A stretch of DNA of 64,000 nt from an uncultured Gammaproteobacteria bacterium. Its GTDB lineage: Bacteria; Patescibacteriota; Microgenomatia; 2-02-FULL-39-11. Both the position numbers and the translations under genes were made by a program. The stretch spans positions 70,567 to 134,566 of the forward strand of contig CAYGXQ010000001.1 in assembly GCA_964354025.1 (NCBI GenBank). Reading direction: 5' to 3'. Below the pieces are notes generated by a model. It was not told the DNA's origin. It saw only the letters and a program-made list of their open reading frames with translations, and searched no databases. Within the stretch, counting starts at the first letter, position 1. Every line of letters starts with the position of its first letter. Of this stretch, positions 56,392 to 64,000 are shown piece after piece.

Positions 56392-56564
56392 ATAGCGGAC
56401 TTTAGTCCGCGTCCTTCGGCTTCACTCAGGACAAGTTCAGCGCGCACTTAAAGTGCGCTATTCCAGAAACTGTGGCAAGCCAAATACGTGAATTCAAGGT
56501 GGAAGATCCCTCGACTTCTCCTTCGTCTCGCTTCGTTCGCTCAGGATTCGCTCGGAATGACGAC
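56392..56564. repeat. family-2 double-hairpin repeat fused to a family-1 half copy
   Basis: taatagcggacTTTAgtccgcg...agcgcgcacTTAAagtgcgctattcc (56392-56466), then ggaagatccctcgacttctcc...gctcggaatgacg (56501-56564). Confidence 0.6.
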
Positions 56565-56568
56565 TGCT

Positions 56569-58503
56569 TTATTTATCCACCCGGTTGTTGAAGGTTCTGG
56601 TGATGGTTTGCTCTCCTCCCAAGACTATTTTCAGATTATCGATAGCGGCATTAATCGGATAAAAACGGAGGATGATGCCGTTTCGGACATCAACCGCAGT
56701 TTCCAGTTTGGCGGCCGGCTGGTTATCCGCTGTTAACGACAAACCGTTGATACCCCAAGAAGCCAGTAGGTGATGCCAGGTTTCTCCTGTCCAATTATTG
56801 ATAGGGAGACTAACTCTATCTGTCAGGTTGTTGCCGCCCACCCCGAAAGTTAAAAAATCTCCGGTGTCTTTTTTCTCTTTGGCCAAAAAGAGCCGGTTAA
56901 TGACGGCGGAAGTGGTGGCGTAAGGGGCATCAAAAATCAGAAAAGTTTTATTCTCTCCGTTTTGCCAAAAAGGTTTGATATCAAAGCTGATTTCTCCGCT
57001 TGGACGCAGACGAAATTCCGGCGCACTTAAAATAAACGGAGCGTTATCAGCCAGAACCAGAGCCTGATCGGAAGCAGCGTTACTTCGTCCCGACACAAAT
57101 GAAGCGAGCGGGGCATTGGTTTCCAGTTCCAAAATCAAAATATTATTGGCGGAGATCGGAAATTCCTTAGTCAAATTTCCATTGGTAGCGATTAATTCAT
57201 AAGTACCGTTTGTCTGGCTTAAAGGATACAAATAATTTATTTTATAAGAAGAAGGCGGCAGGCCGGTAAAAGTGACCGGGACATTTTCCGTATTTTTTCC
57301 GTTCAGATCATAATTGGCAAGGACAACGGTAATTTTTTGCTCATTTTTGGAAGCTAGCCCACTGACATAAGTACCTGAGCCGGAAAGCCCAAGCTTTTGT
57401 CCGGAAAGCTTGCTAAGGGCCGAGTAGGCAAAAAAGCGCGGTTTAGGCGACATGGGCGGCGTATTTTTTTCATGGGTAAAAAGCCCCCAGCGGCCGCCTG
57501 ATGGTGGAGGGCCGTCTTTGACTTCAAAAGCAAAGGCCAGGTCAATATCATTGATAAACTGGGTAATCGCGAGTACGGTAAAAGAAGCCGCTGTTTCCGA
57601 ATTATTAATAGGCGTATTTTCCGAGTCAATGCCCCATTCGCTTAAAACAAGGGGCAGCTTGGCATATTTTGGGAAAGCGGCCAGATTTTTGCGGATATTT
57701 TGAGCATCCTGATCAAAAATTCCCGGCCGTTTGTGGTAACGGTGCCAGGAATAAAAATCCAGCCGGAGGTTATTTTGCACGGCGTAAGATAAAAATCCGT
57801 TTACCCAGTTGGGATAATACGAACCGACAGCCGGCCCGCCGAAGAAAAAGTTATTGGTTCCTTGCACTTCGGCAGCTGCGGTGGCCGCATGAAAATATAA
57901 GAGGCGGTAGTCTTTATCACCGCCGATTTTCCAACTGCCGAATTGGGGCAGTTCCGGTTCATTCCAAACCTCATAATAAACGCCGGTCAAATCTTTACCG
58001 GATTTACCGCTGTAGTGTTCAACAGTCGCCTTAACCAGATCCTTCCACCAGTTCCAGTTCGAAGGGACATCGATGACGTTGCCGGAAGCGGTGAAAACAT
58101 TCGGCATATAGGAGAGACTGAAGAAAGGTATTGCCCCGACAGCAATGATGTCGTTGACGGTTTCGTCAAGACGGGAAAAATCATATTCGAAACCGCTATC
58201 TTTCCGTTTGACAATGCCGTAATAATCGTAAATATGATCCAGACGGATGTATTTGGGAGAAATTTCCTTCAACTTCGATACAGCCGCCTTCAGCATCGGC
58301 GGCGGCTCTTCTCCGCCTTGAGAGTGTGAATTCCAAAGTAAAGGAAAGGGACCGAGCTGGTTTTGGGTATCGATGACGATATTGGCCGGTTGGGGAGCCG
58401 CTTTACTCAATAATTGCTGGACTTGTTCAGAGACGATAATCACCAGAGGTAGAGAAAGAAGAATCAGAAGCAGATAGAGCAGCTTGCGGTTCATTAATTT
58501 CAT
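56569..58503 (-). CDS. secreted glycoside hydrolase, clan GH-A TIM barrel (GH39/GH5-like) with C-terminal lectin/LamG-like domain
   Basis: Signal/TM; YYEVWNEPE (acid/base Glu context) and LVLSEWG (nucleophile context). Confidence 0.6.
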   Translation of the reverse strand: MKLMNRKLLYLLLILLSLPLVIIVSEQVQQLLSKAAPQPANIVIDTQNQLGPFPLLWNSHSQGGEEPPPMLKAAVSKLKEISPKYIRLDHIYDYYGIVKRKDSGFEYDFSRLDETVNDIIAVGAIPFFSLSYMPNVFTASGNVIDVPSNWNWWKDLVKATVEHYSGKSGKDLTGVYYEVWNEPELPQFGSWKIGGDKDYRLLYFHAATAAAEVQGTNNFFFGGPAVGSYYPNWVNGFLSYAVQNNLRLDFYSWHRYHKRPGIFDQDAQNIRKNLAAFPKYAKLPLVLSEWGIDSENTPINNSETAASFTVLAITQFINDIDLAFAFEVKDGPPPSGGRWGLFTHEKNTPPMSPKPRFFAYSALSKLSGQKLGLSGSGTYVSGLASKNEQKITVVLANYDLNGKNTENVPVTFTGLPPSSYKINYLYPLSQTNGTYELIATNGNLTKEFPISANNILILELETNAPLASFVSGRSNAASDQALVLADNAPFILSAPEFRLRPSGEISFDIKPFWQNGENKTFLIFDAPYATTSAVINRLFLAKEKKDTGDFLTFGVGGNNLTDRVSLPINNWTGETWHHLLASWGINGLSLTADNQPAAKLETAVDVRNGIILRFYPINAAIDNLKIVLGGEQTITRTFNNRVDK

Positions 58504-58524
58504 ACTAACAGATAAAGGACTCTC

Positions 58525-58561
58525 TTGACAAACATTAGCAGTCGTGGTATTTTAGTGCTAA
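58525..58561 (+). promoter_or_regulatory. sigma70-like promoter with canonical CIRCE operator upstream of hrcA
   Basis: TTGACA 58525-58530; TTAGCAgTC-N9-tAGTGCTAA at 58535-58561 (16 of 18 to consensus); -10-like TATTTT 58548-58553 inside the CIRCE spacer. Confidence 0.8.
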
Positions 58562-58563
58562 TT

Positions 58564-59295
58564 ATGGCAGAATTAACCCAAAGACAACTGCAGATTCTAA
58601 AGGCAGTTGTGGATGAATATATTGAAACCGCCGAACCGGTAGCCTCAGAAACATTGGACAAGAAATACAATCTGGGTGTTTCACCGGCCACCATCAGGAA
58701 CGAGATGGTTAAGCTGACCAAGATAGGATATCTTAAACAACCGCATACCTCAGCCGGAAGGGTGCCGACGCCGGTAACTTTAAAACTATATATCGGCAAA
58801 CTCATGAAACCTAAGGATTTGTCTGTGGCTGAGGAAGTTTCCGTCAAACAGAATATCTGGGAACATCGGACCCAGATGGAGAAAATTTTGAAGGATGCGA
58901 CGCTGGCTTTATCCAAATACACGAAAACGATGTCTTTAGCCGCTACAGATGAAGGTGAAGTCTATACCTCAGGCGTTGGCAATATTTTGGAAATGCCGGA
59001 ATTTTACGACATTGATATCACCAAACATCTTTTGGACACGCTTGACCAGTATAATTTCTGGTGGAATGTTTTATCAAAATATACCGGTGAAGGAGACGCT
59101 TTGTCGGTTATCATGGGCGAAGAGCTGGGGAGCAGTTTTTTGTCTCCCTGCGGCGGGGTTTTTATCCATTTTTCTTCACCGTCTCATAGCGGTGCCATCG
59201 GTGTCGTCGGGCCGGCCAGGCTGAATTACCCGCGGGTCATCCCGATGGTACGTTATATCGGAAGTCTTATTAATGAAATTTCTTCAAACTGGTAA
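58564..59295 (+). CDS. hrcA: heat-inducible transcription repressor HrcA
   Basis: MAELTQRQLQILKAVVDEYIETAEPVASETL...; precedes grpE-dnaK-dnaJ. Confidence 0.85.
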   Translation: MAELTQRQLQILKAVVDEYIETAEPVASETLDKKYNLGVSPATIRNEMVKLTKIGYLKQPHTSAGRVPTPVTLKLYIGKLMKPKDLSVAEEVSVKQNIWEHRTQMEKILKDATLALSKYTKTMSLAATDEGEVYTSGVGNILEMPEFYDIDITKHLLDTLDQYNFWWNVLSKYTGEGDALSVIMGEELGSSFLSPCGGVFIHFSSPSHSGAIGVVGPARLNYPRVIPMVRYIGSLINEISSNW

Positions 59296-59300
59296 GGGAA

Positions 59301-59771
59301 ATGAATAAAAAAACTGACATTTGCCAGCGGTGTGAGAAACAACTTAAAGAACTTCAGGACGAAAATGAAGGATTAAAAAGTAAATATTTACGGGCCCTGG
59401 CTGATTACCAGAACCTGGAAAAAAGAGTCTTCAGTGCGCGTGAGGAAACCGCCAAATACGCCGCCGAGAAAATAATTAAGGAACTTCTGGCAGTTTTGGA
59501 TACGCTTGAAAAAGCTGATAAACATCTGAATGATCCGGGCTTGAGGTTGGGAGTACAGGATTTTTTAAGAGTACTGACAGAAAACGGAGTCAAAAAGATT
59601 GAGGTATTGCATAAAAAATTTGACCCGAATTTCATGGAGTGTGTGGAGATAGCTGAAAGTGACAAAGAAGACGAAGCTATTGAAGAAATCAGAGCAGGCT
59701 ATACGCTTTGGGATAAAGTCATCCGGGTTGTCCAGGTAAAAGTGGGAAAGAAAACGCAAGTTAAAAATTAA
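59301..59771 (+). CDS. grpE: nucleotide exchange factor GrpE
   Basis: Coiled-coil N-terminus ([13 protein letters not shown]), C-terminal beta domain. Confidence 0.85.
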   Translation: MNKKTDICQRCEKQLKELQDENEGLKSKYLRALADYQNLEKRVFSAREETAKYAAEKIIKELLAVLDTLEKADKHLNDPGLRLGVQDFLRVLTENGVKKIEVLHKKFDPNFMECVEIAESDKEDEAIEEIRAGYTLWDKVIRVVQVKVGKKTQVKN

Positions 59772-59788
59772 ATAAGGAGGTAAATTAT

Positions 59789-61705
59789 ATGTCAAAAATT
59801 ATCGGTATTGATTTAGGAACAACCAATTCCTGTGTGGCGGTGATGGAGGGCGGCAGTCCCAAAGTCATCCATTCAGCCGAAGGCCGGAATGTCATCCCCT
59901 CGGTCGTTGATCCGGTAAAAAGGGTTGTCGGTGATGTGGCCAAAAGACAGATAGTTATCAATCCCAAATCGACGGTTTATTCCATTAAAAGATTAGTTGG
60001 TAGAAAATATTCTGATAAATCAGTGCAGCATGATATAAAACTTTTACCTTATGCGATAAAAAGTGGTCGGGACAATATGGCGGTTGTGGAAGTGGCCGGC
60101 AAAACATACACCCCGCAGGAAATCTCGGCAATGATTTTACAGAAAATCAAGGCCGATGCTGAAAGTTATCTGGGCGAGAAAGTGACGGAAGCGGTCATCA
60201 CTGTACCGGCTTATTTTGACGACAGCCAAAGGCAGGCCACCAAGCAGGCCGGAGAAATTGCCGGTTTGACGGTTAAAAGGATCTTGAACGAACCGACGGC
60301 CGCCGCTTTAGCTTATGGTCTTGAGAAAAAACACGCCCATACAGTGGCAGTTTATGACCTGGGCGGCGGAACTTTTGACATCTCCGTTTTGGAACTGGGT
60401 GAGGGAGTCTATGAAGTCAAAGCCACCAACGGCGATACTCATCTGGGTGGAGATGATTTTGACAAAAAAATCCTTGACTATTTAGCCGACGAATTTAAAA
60501 AGGAAAACGGGGTGGATTTGCGCCGCGACCCGCAGGCACTGCAGCGTCTTCGGGACGCGGCGGAAAAAGCCAAAATAGAACTCTCAAGCAGTCTGGAAGC
60601 GGAGATCAATCTCCCTTTTATCACCCAGGGAAAAGAAGGGCCGCTGCATCTGGTGACCAAGCTAACACGCTCGAAGCTGGAGAGTATTGTCGGTGATTTG
60701 ATCGACAGCACTATTACTCCGGTTGAAGCTTGTCTGAAAGACGCCAAAATCACCAAAGATAAAATTGACGAGATTGTGATGGTTGGGGGAATGACGCGGA
60801 TGCCGAAAGTAGTGGAAGTAGTGGAAAAATTTTTCGGCAAAGAACCGAACCGTTCCGTCAATCCCGACGAAGTGGTAGCAATAGGAGCGGCAGTCCAGGC
60901 CGGTGTTTTGACCGGAGAAGTGCGTGATGTCGTCCTTTTGGATGTGACGCCGCTTACATTAGGAGTAGAAACTTTAGGACGAGTAATGACGCCGCTGATT
61001 ACCAGAAATACGACCGTGCCGACTTCTAAATCGGAAATTTTCTCAACCGCCGCCGATAATCAGACTTCGGTTGAAATAAACGTCCTTCAGGGAGAACGGC
61101 CGATGGCAGCAGATAATAAATCACTGGGCCGGTTTATCCTCGACGGTATCCCGCCGGCGCCAAGAGGAGTGCCGCAGGTGGAAGTGACTTTTGACATAGA
61201 CGCCAACGGCATCTTAAACGTTTCTGCTAAAGATAAAGCGTCCGGCAAAAGCCAGAGCATCAAGATCACCGGTTCGACCGGTCTTTCCAAAGACGAAATT
61301 GAGAAGATGACCAAAGAGGCAGAAGCTCACGCTTCGGAAGACAGCGACAAAAAAGAGAAGATCGAAACCAGGAATAAAGCGGATAACATGATCTATGTGG
61401 CGGAGAAGTCGCTGAAAGACGCCGGTGACAAAGTCAGCGCTGAAATAAAAAAAGAAGTCGAGGAAAAAATCAGCGTCTTGAGAGGGATTTTGGAAAGCGG
61501 TACCAAAGAAGATCTGGAAGTAAAGACGAAAGATCTTTCCGACTCAATGCAAAAAATCGGCCAGGCGATGTATCAACAGCAACAGCAAGCCTCTTCTGCA
61601 AAACCTTCCGAGGAGAAGCCAACCGGTGATGATAAGAACGGGGAGGATAAGAAAAAGAATCATGCGAAAAAAGAGGATGCGCAGGAAGGGGAAGTGGTTA
61701 GTTAG
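59789..61705 (+). CDS. dnaK: molecular chaperone DnaK (Hsp70)
   Basis: [33 protein letters not shown]; RBS AAGGAGG. Confidence 0.97.
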   Translation: MSKIIGIDLGTTNSCVAVMEGGSPKVIHSAEGRNVIPSVVDPVKRVVGDVAKRQIVINPKSTVYSIKRLVGRKYSDKSVQHDIKLLPYAIKSGRDNMAVVEVAGKTYTPQEISAMILQKIKADAESYLGEKVTEAVITVPAYFDDSQRQATKQAGEIAGLTVKRILNEPTAAALAYGLEKKHAHTVAVYDLGGGTFDISVLELGEGVYEVKATNGDTHLGGDDFDKKILDYLADEFKKENGVDLRRDPQALQRLRDAAEKAKIELSSSLEAEINLPFITQGKEGPLHLVTKLTRSKLESIVGDLIDSTITPVEACLKDAKITKDKIDEIVMVGGMTRMPKVVEVVEKFFGKEPNRSVNPDEVVAIGAAVQAGVLTGEVRDVVLLDVTPLTLGVETLGRVMTPLITRNTTVPTSKSEIFSTAADNQTSVEINVLQGERPMAADNKSLGRFILDGIPPAPRGVPQVEVTFDIDANGILNVSAKDKASGKSQSIKITGSTGLSKDEIEKMTKEAEAHASEDSDKKEKIETRNKADNMIYVAEKSLKDAGDKVSAEIKKEVEEKISVLRGILESGTKEDLEVKTKDLSDSMQKIGQAMYQQQQQASSAKPSEEKPTGDDKNGEDKKKNHAKKEDAQEGEVVS

Positions 61706-61735
61706 TTGTAAGTTGTAGGTTGTAAGTTATAAGTT

Positions 61736-61758
61736 GGGGCGCGCTTCGCGCGCCCTTT
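61736..61758 (+). terminator. GC-rich hairpin with UUCG loop followed by T-run (attenuator/terminator between dnaK and dnaJ)
   Basis: ggggcgcgc ttcg cgcgcccc ttt. Confidence 0.6.
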
Positions 61759-61763
61759 GATAT

Positions 61764-62669
61764 ATGTCAAAAGATTTTTATGGAGTTTTGGGAGTTTCCA
61801 AAACCGCCACGGAGGCGGAGATAAAACGCGCTTACAGGAAATTGGCGCTTCAGTGGCATCCCGACAGAAATAAAAGCGCTGAGGCAAACGAGAAATTCAA
61901 AGAAATCAACAAAGCTTACGAAGTTCTGTCCGATCCGAAGAAAAAAGAAGTTTACGACCAATACGGCGATTCGGCTTTCCAGCCCGGAGCAGGTTTTGGC
62001 GGAGGCGCTCCATACGGTCAGCAGCCCGGACAATACGGACCTTTTACGTATTCATATTCTAACTATGGTGGTAGTGGGGGAGGAACAGGATTCGAAGGGG
62101 TTGATTTCGGCGGATTTTCCGACCCGTTTGAGATTTTTGCTCAGTTCTTCGGCGGCGGCTCGCCTTTTGGCCGAAGATCACAAAGGCGTTCAATTTACCA
62201 ATTACCTTTGGATTTCATGGAGGCGGTGCAGGGAGTAGAAAAAACAGTGGAGATCGGCGGCAAAAAACAAAATATTAAAATCCCGGCCGGGGTAGACAAC
62301 GGCACCCGCATCCGTTTCCAGGATTACGATATTGTGGTTGAAGTCACTTCGGACCCCCGTTTTAAGCGGGAGGACTATGATCTGATTACTGATGTGGAGA
62401 TCAGTTTCCCCCAGGCGGTTTTGGGCGATGTCGTTTCCGTGCCGACCATAGACGGCCCCCTGAATTTGAAAATCCAGCCGGGAACACAGCCGGGCAGTTT
62501 GATAAGACTTCGTGGTAAAGGCGTCCCCCATGTCCGCAGCCACGGCCGCGGCGACCAATATATCAGGGTGAAAGTAACTGTCCCTACCAAACTTACCGGC
62601 AGGCAGAAAGAATTGTTAAATGAATTTGAAGCAGAAAATTCATCCCATAAAAAACACGGGTGGTTTTAA
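61764..62669 (+). CDS. dnaJ: DnaJ-family co-chaperone (J domain plus G/F region, no zinc-finger Cys repeats; CbpA/type II-like)
   Basis: [33 protein letters not shown], Gly/Phe-rich segment, no CxxCxGxG repeats. Confidence 0.8.
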   Translation: MSKDFYGVLGVSKTATEAEIKRAYRKLALQWHPDRNKSAEANEKFKEINKAYEVLSDPKKKEVYDQYGDSAFQPGAGFGGGAPYGQQPGQYGPFTYSYSNYGGSGGGTGFEGVDFGGFSDPFEIFAQFFGGGSPFGRRSQRRSIYQLPLDFMEAVQGVEKTVEIGGKKQNIKIPAGVDNGTRIRFQDYDIVVEVTSDPRFKREDYDLITDVEISFPQAVLGDVVSVPTIDGPLNLKIQPGTQPGSLIRLRGKGVPHVRSHGRGDQYIRVKVTVPTKLTGRQKELLNEFEAENSSHKKHGWF

Positions 62670-62675
62670 ATATCA

Positions 62676-63452
62676 GTGAAAAAAATAATTGTCCTCATTA
62701 TTGTATTATTAGTACCAATATTAATTTTCTTTTTCCGTTGGCAATCTGCAAGAGATATAATTGTTGAACAAGCAGTCACAACCCCAATCATCTCTTCGTA
62801 TCCAAAAAACACGGCAGAAGTTATTTTCGATGAAAATTCATATAGAATTTCTTGGATAAAAATTGATGATGTTAATAAATTATCGCTTATTCCCAATTTT
62901 GCCGAAAAAGAAACAGCCAGGACATTTGCTGATAAAAATAAATGCAGATATTTGACCAGCGCCGGGTTTTATACCAAAGATAATCAGCCTTTGGGATTGT
63001 TTATCGCGGGTGGAAAAGTTATCAAAGAAAAAACAGTCAATAATCTGATTCCGGAAATATTTTATATCACGGATAACGGGCAATATGGTATTGCTGAATC
63101 ATTACCGTCAGGGACGATAAAATATGCCATTCAGCTTGGACCGCCGCTGATAAACAATAATTTACCGAGAAAATTAGCCATCCGTGATGACGAGCCGGCC
63201 AGAAGGATTGTTTTGGCGATTGATATTAATCGGGTAATTTATTTATTAGCCGTTTATGACAAAGAAAATAATTTTCAGGGGCCGACTCTGACGGATTTAC
63301 CAAAGGTACTTGCGGAATTTCAGAAAAAAACCGGTGTCAATTTTCAAAAAGCAGTTAATCTCGACGGCGGCAGTGCTTCGGCATTTATAAAAGATGATTT
63401 ATCGCTTGAGGAATTAACTTCCGTGGGCAGTTTCTTCTGCGTTACCGATTGA
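62676..63452 (+). CDS. phosphodiester glycosidase family protein (NAGPA-like, DUF2233)
   Basis: N-terminal TM; NLDGGSASAF motif near the C-terminus. Confidence 0.5.
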   Translation: MKKIIVLIIVLLVPILIFFFRWQSARDIIVEQAVTTPIISSYPKNTAEVIFDENSYRISWIKIDDVNKLSLIPNFAEKETARTFADKNKCRYLTSAGFYTKDNQPLGLFIAGGKVIKEKTVNNLIPEIFYITDNGQYGIAESLPSGTIKYAIQLGPPLINNNLPRKLAIRDDEPARRIVLAIDINRVIYLLAVYDKENNFQGPTLTDLPKVLAEFQKKTGVNFQKAVNLDGGSASAFIKDDLSLEELTSVGSFFCVTD

Positions 63453-64000
63453 GATATTGAGTGATGTTGGCGTTGTGTTCCTCGATGTCTTTGGCAAAAT
63501 GGGATTTGCCGTTTTTGTCAGCCACGTAATAAAGATAATCATTATCGGGCGCTTCAACGACGGCGTTGATGGCCGCCAGCCCAGGATTGGCAATGGGGGT
63601 GGGCGGCAAACCAGGATTCAAATAAGTATTATAAGGAGAATCAATCGCCATATCCTCGGCCGTCAGATCTTTTTTCCACCAGGATTTTTGCCCCGGCTGA
63701 TAACCGAGGGCATACTGGATGGTGGCGTCGATATCCAGCTTCATCCCGATTCTCAAACGGTTTAAAATGACGCCGGCCACCAGCGGCCGGTCTTCGGTCA
63801 GTTTGGCTTCCCGCTCTACCAGGGAAGCAACCGTGATCAACTCATCCAAATTCAAATTTTTCTTAGCGGCTTTATTTGCAATATCAGCGGTCACTTTTTT
63901 TTGGAAATTTTTGTTGAAAATATCAATAATGGCAGCGGCAGAAGCGTCCTGAGGGATAAGATAAGTGTCGGGAAAAAGATAACCTTCTTTACTCAATTTC
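63442..64000 (-). CDS. mltG: endolytic murein transglycosylase MltG/YceG, C-terminal part (N-terminus beyond window end)
   Basis: LDIDATIQYALGY, YNTYLNPGLPPTPIANPG, YLYYVADKNGKSHFAKDIEEHNAN. Confidence 0.75.
   Translation of the reverse strand, partial: KLSKEGYLFPDTYLIPQDASAAAIIDIFNKNFQKKVTADIANKAAKKNLNLDELITVASLVEREAKLTEDRPLVAGVILNRLRIGMKLDIDATIQYALGYQPGQKSWWKKDLTAEDMAIDSPYNTYLNPGLPPTPIANPGLAAINAVVEAPDNDYLYYVADKNGKSHFAKDIEEHNANITQYLNR

Overview
This 64 kb window is low-GC (~40%) bacterial chromosome. By inference only, the gene content fits a small-genome, monoderm-like lineage of the CPR/Patescibacteria type: few metabolic genes and a strong cell-envelope bias.

Housekeeping genes I can support:
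- Translation and tRNA modification: valS (partial, runs off the window start), tsaD, metG (short form), rpsT.
- Heat shock: groES-groEL preceded by a sigma70-like promoter and a degenerate CIRCE; hrcA-grpE-dnaK-dnaJ preceded by a canonical CIRCE.
- DNA metabolism: rmuC, two UvrD-family helicases (one fused to a Cys-rich RecB-type nuclease), tatD.
- Other core genes: tpiA, murJ.
- Cell envelope: a MraY/WecA-type GT4, two GT-C proteins, a cellulose-synthase-like GT2, two FemAB paralogs, an LCP ligase, VanW, MltG (partial, runs off the window end), a phosphodiester glycosidase and a GH-A hydrolase.
- Type IV pilus: pilN and pilO with an FN3/Ig surface protein.

On top of this backbone sit a number of accessory or unusual elements:
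1. At least six families of short structured repeats, several inserted in frame into conserved genes (tsaD, the helicase-nuclease, a nucleotidyltransferase gene, the tail of ccdA). This resembles the behaviour of Rickettsia palindromic elements.
2. A HUH Y1 transposase of the RAYT/IS200 type, flanked by inverted copies of a 19-bp palindrome. The same palindrome occurs as a pair elsewhere in the window.
3. A tandemly duplicated two-gene cassette (TM-anchored protein plus secreted Cys-rich protein). The second copy is greatly expanded and contains a 186-bp tandem repeat with a 131-bp stretch of perfect identity. The cassette sits next to a thioredoxin-like/CcdA redox pair.
4. Three toxin-antitoxin-like modules (DUF2283, MNT-HEPN, HigBA) separated by a shared ~30-nt boundary repeat.
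5. A ~2.6 kb high-GC (~57%) segment encoding a VWA-domain surface protein and a small secreted protein, associated with a quasi-palindromic 18-mer.
6. A pyrimidine-rich decamer array (41520-41625) that is GGA-rich on the opposite strand.
7. An orphan operon: a P-loop ATPase with a C-terminal OmpR-type winged helix, translationally coupled to a 771-aa protein with no domain I can recognise.

I found no rRNA, tRNA or CRISPR array.

All functional calls come from reading motifs in the provided translations; no database search was run.
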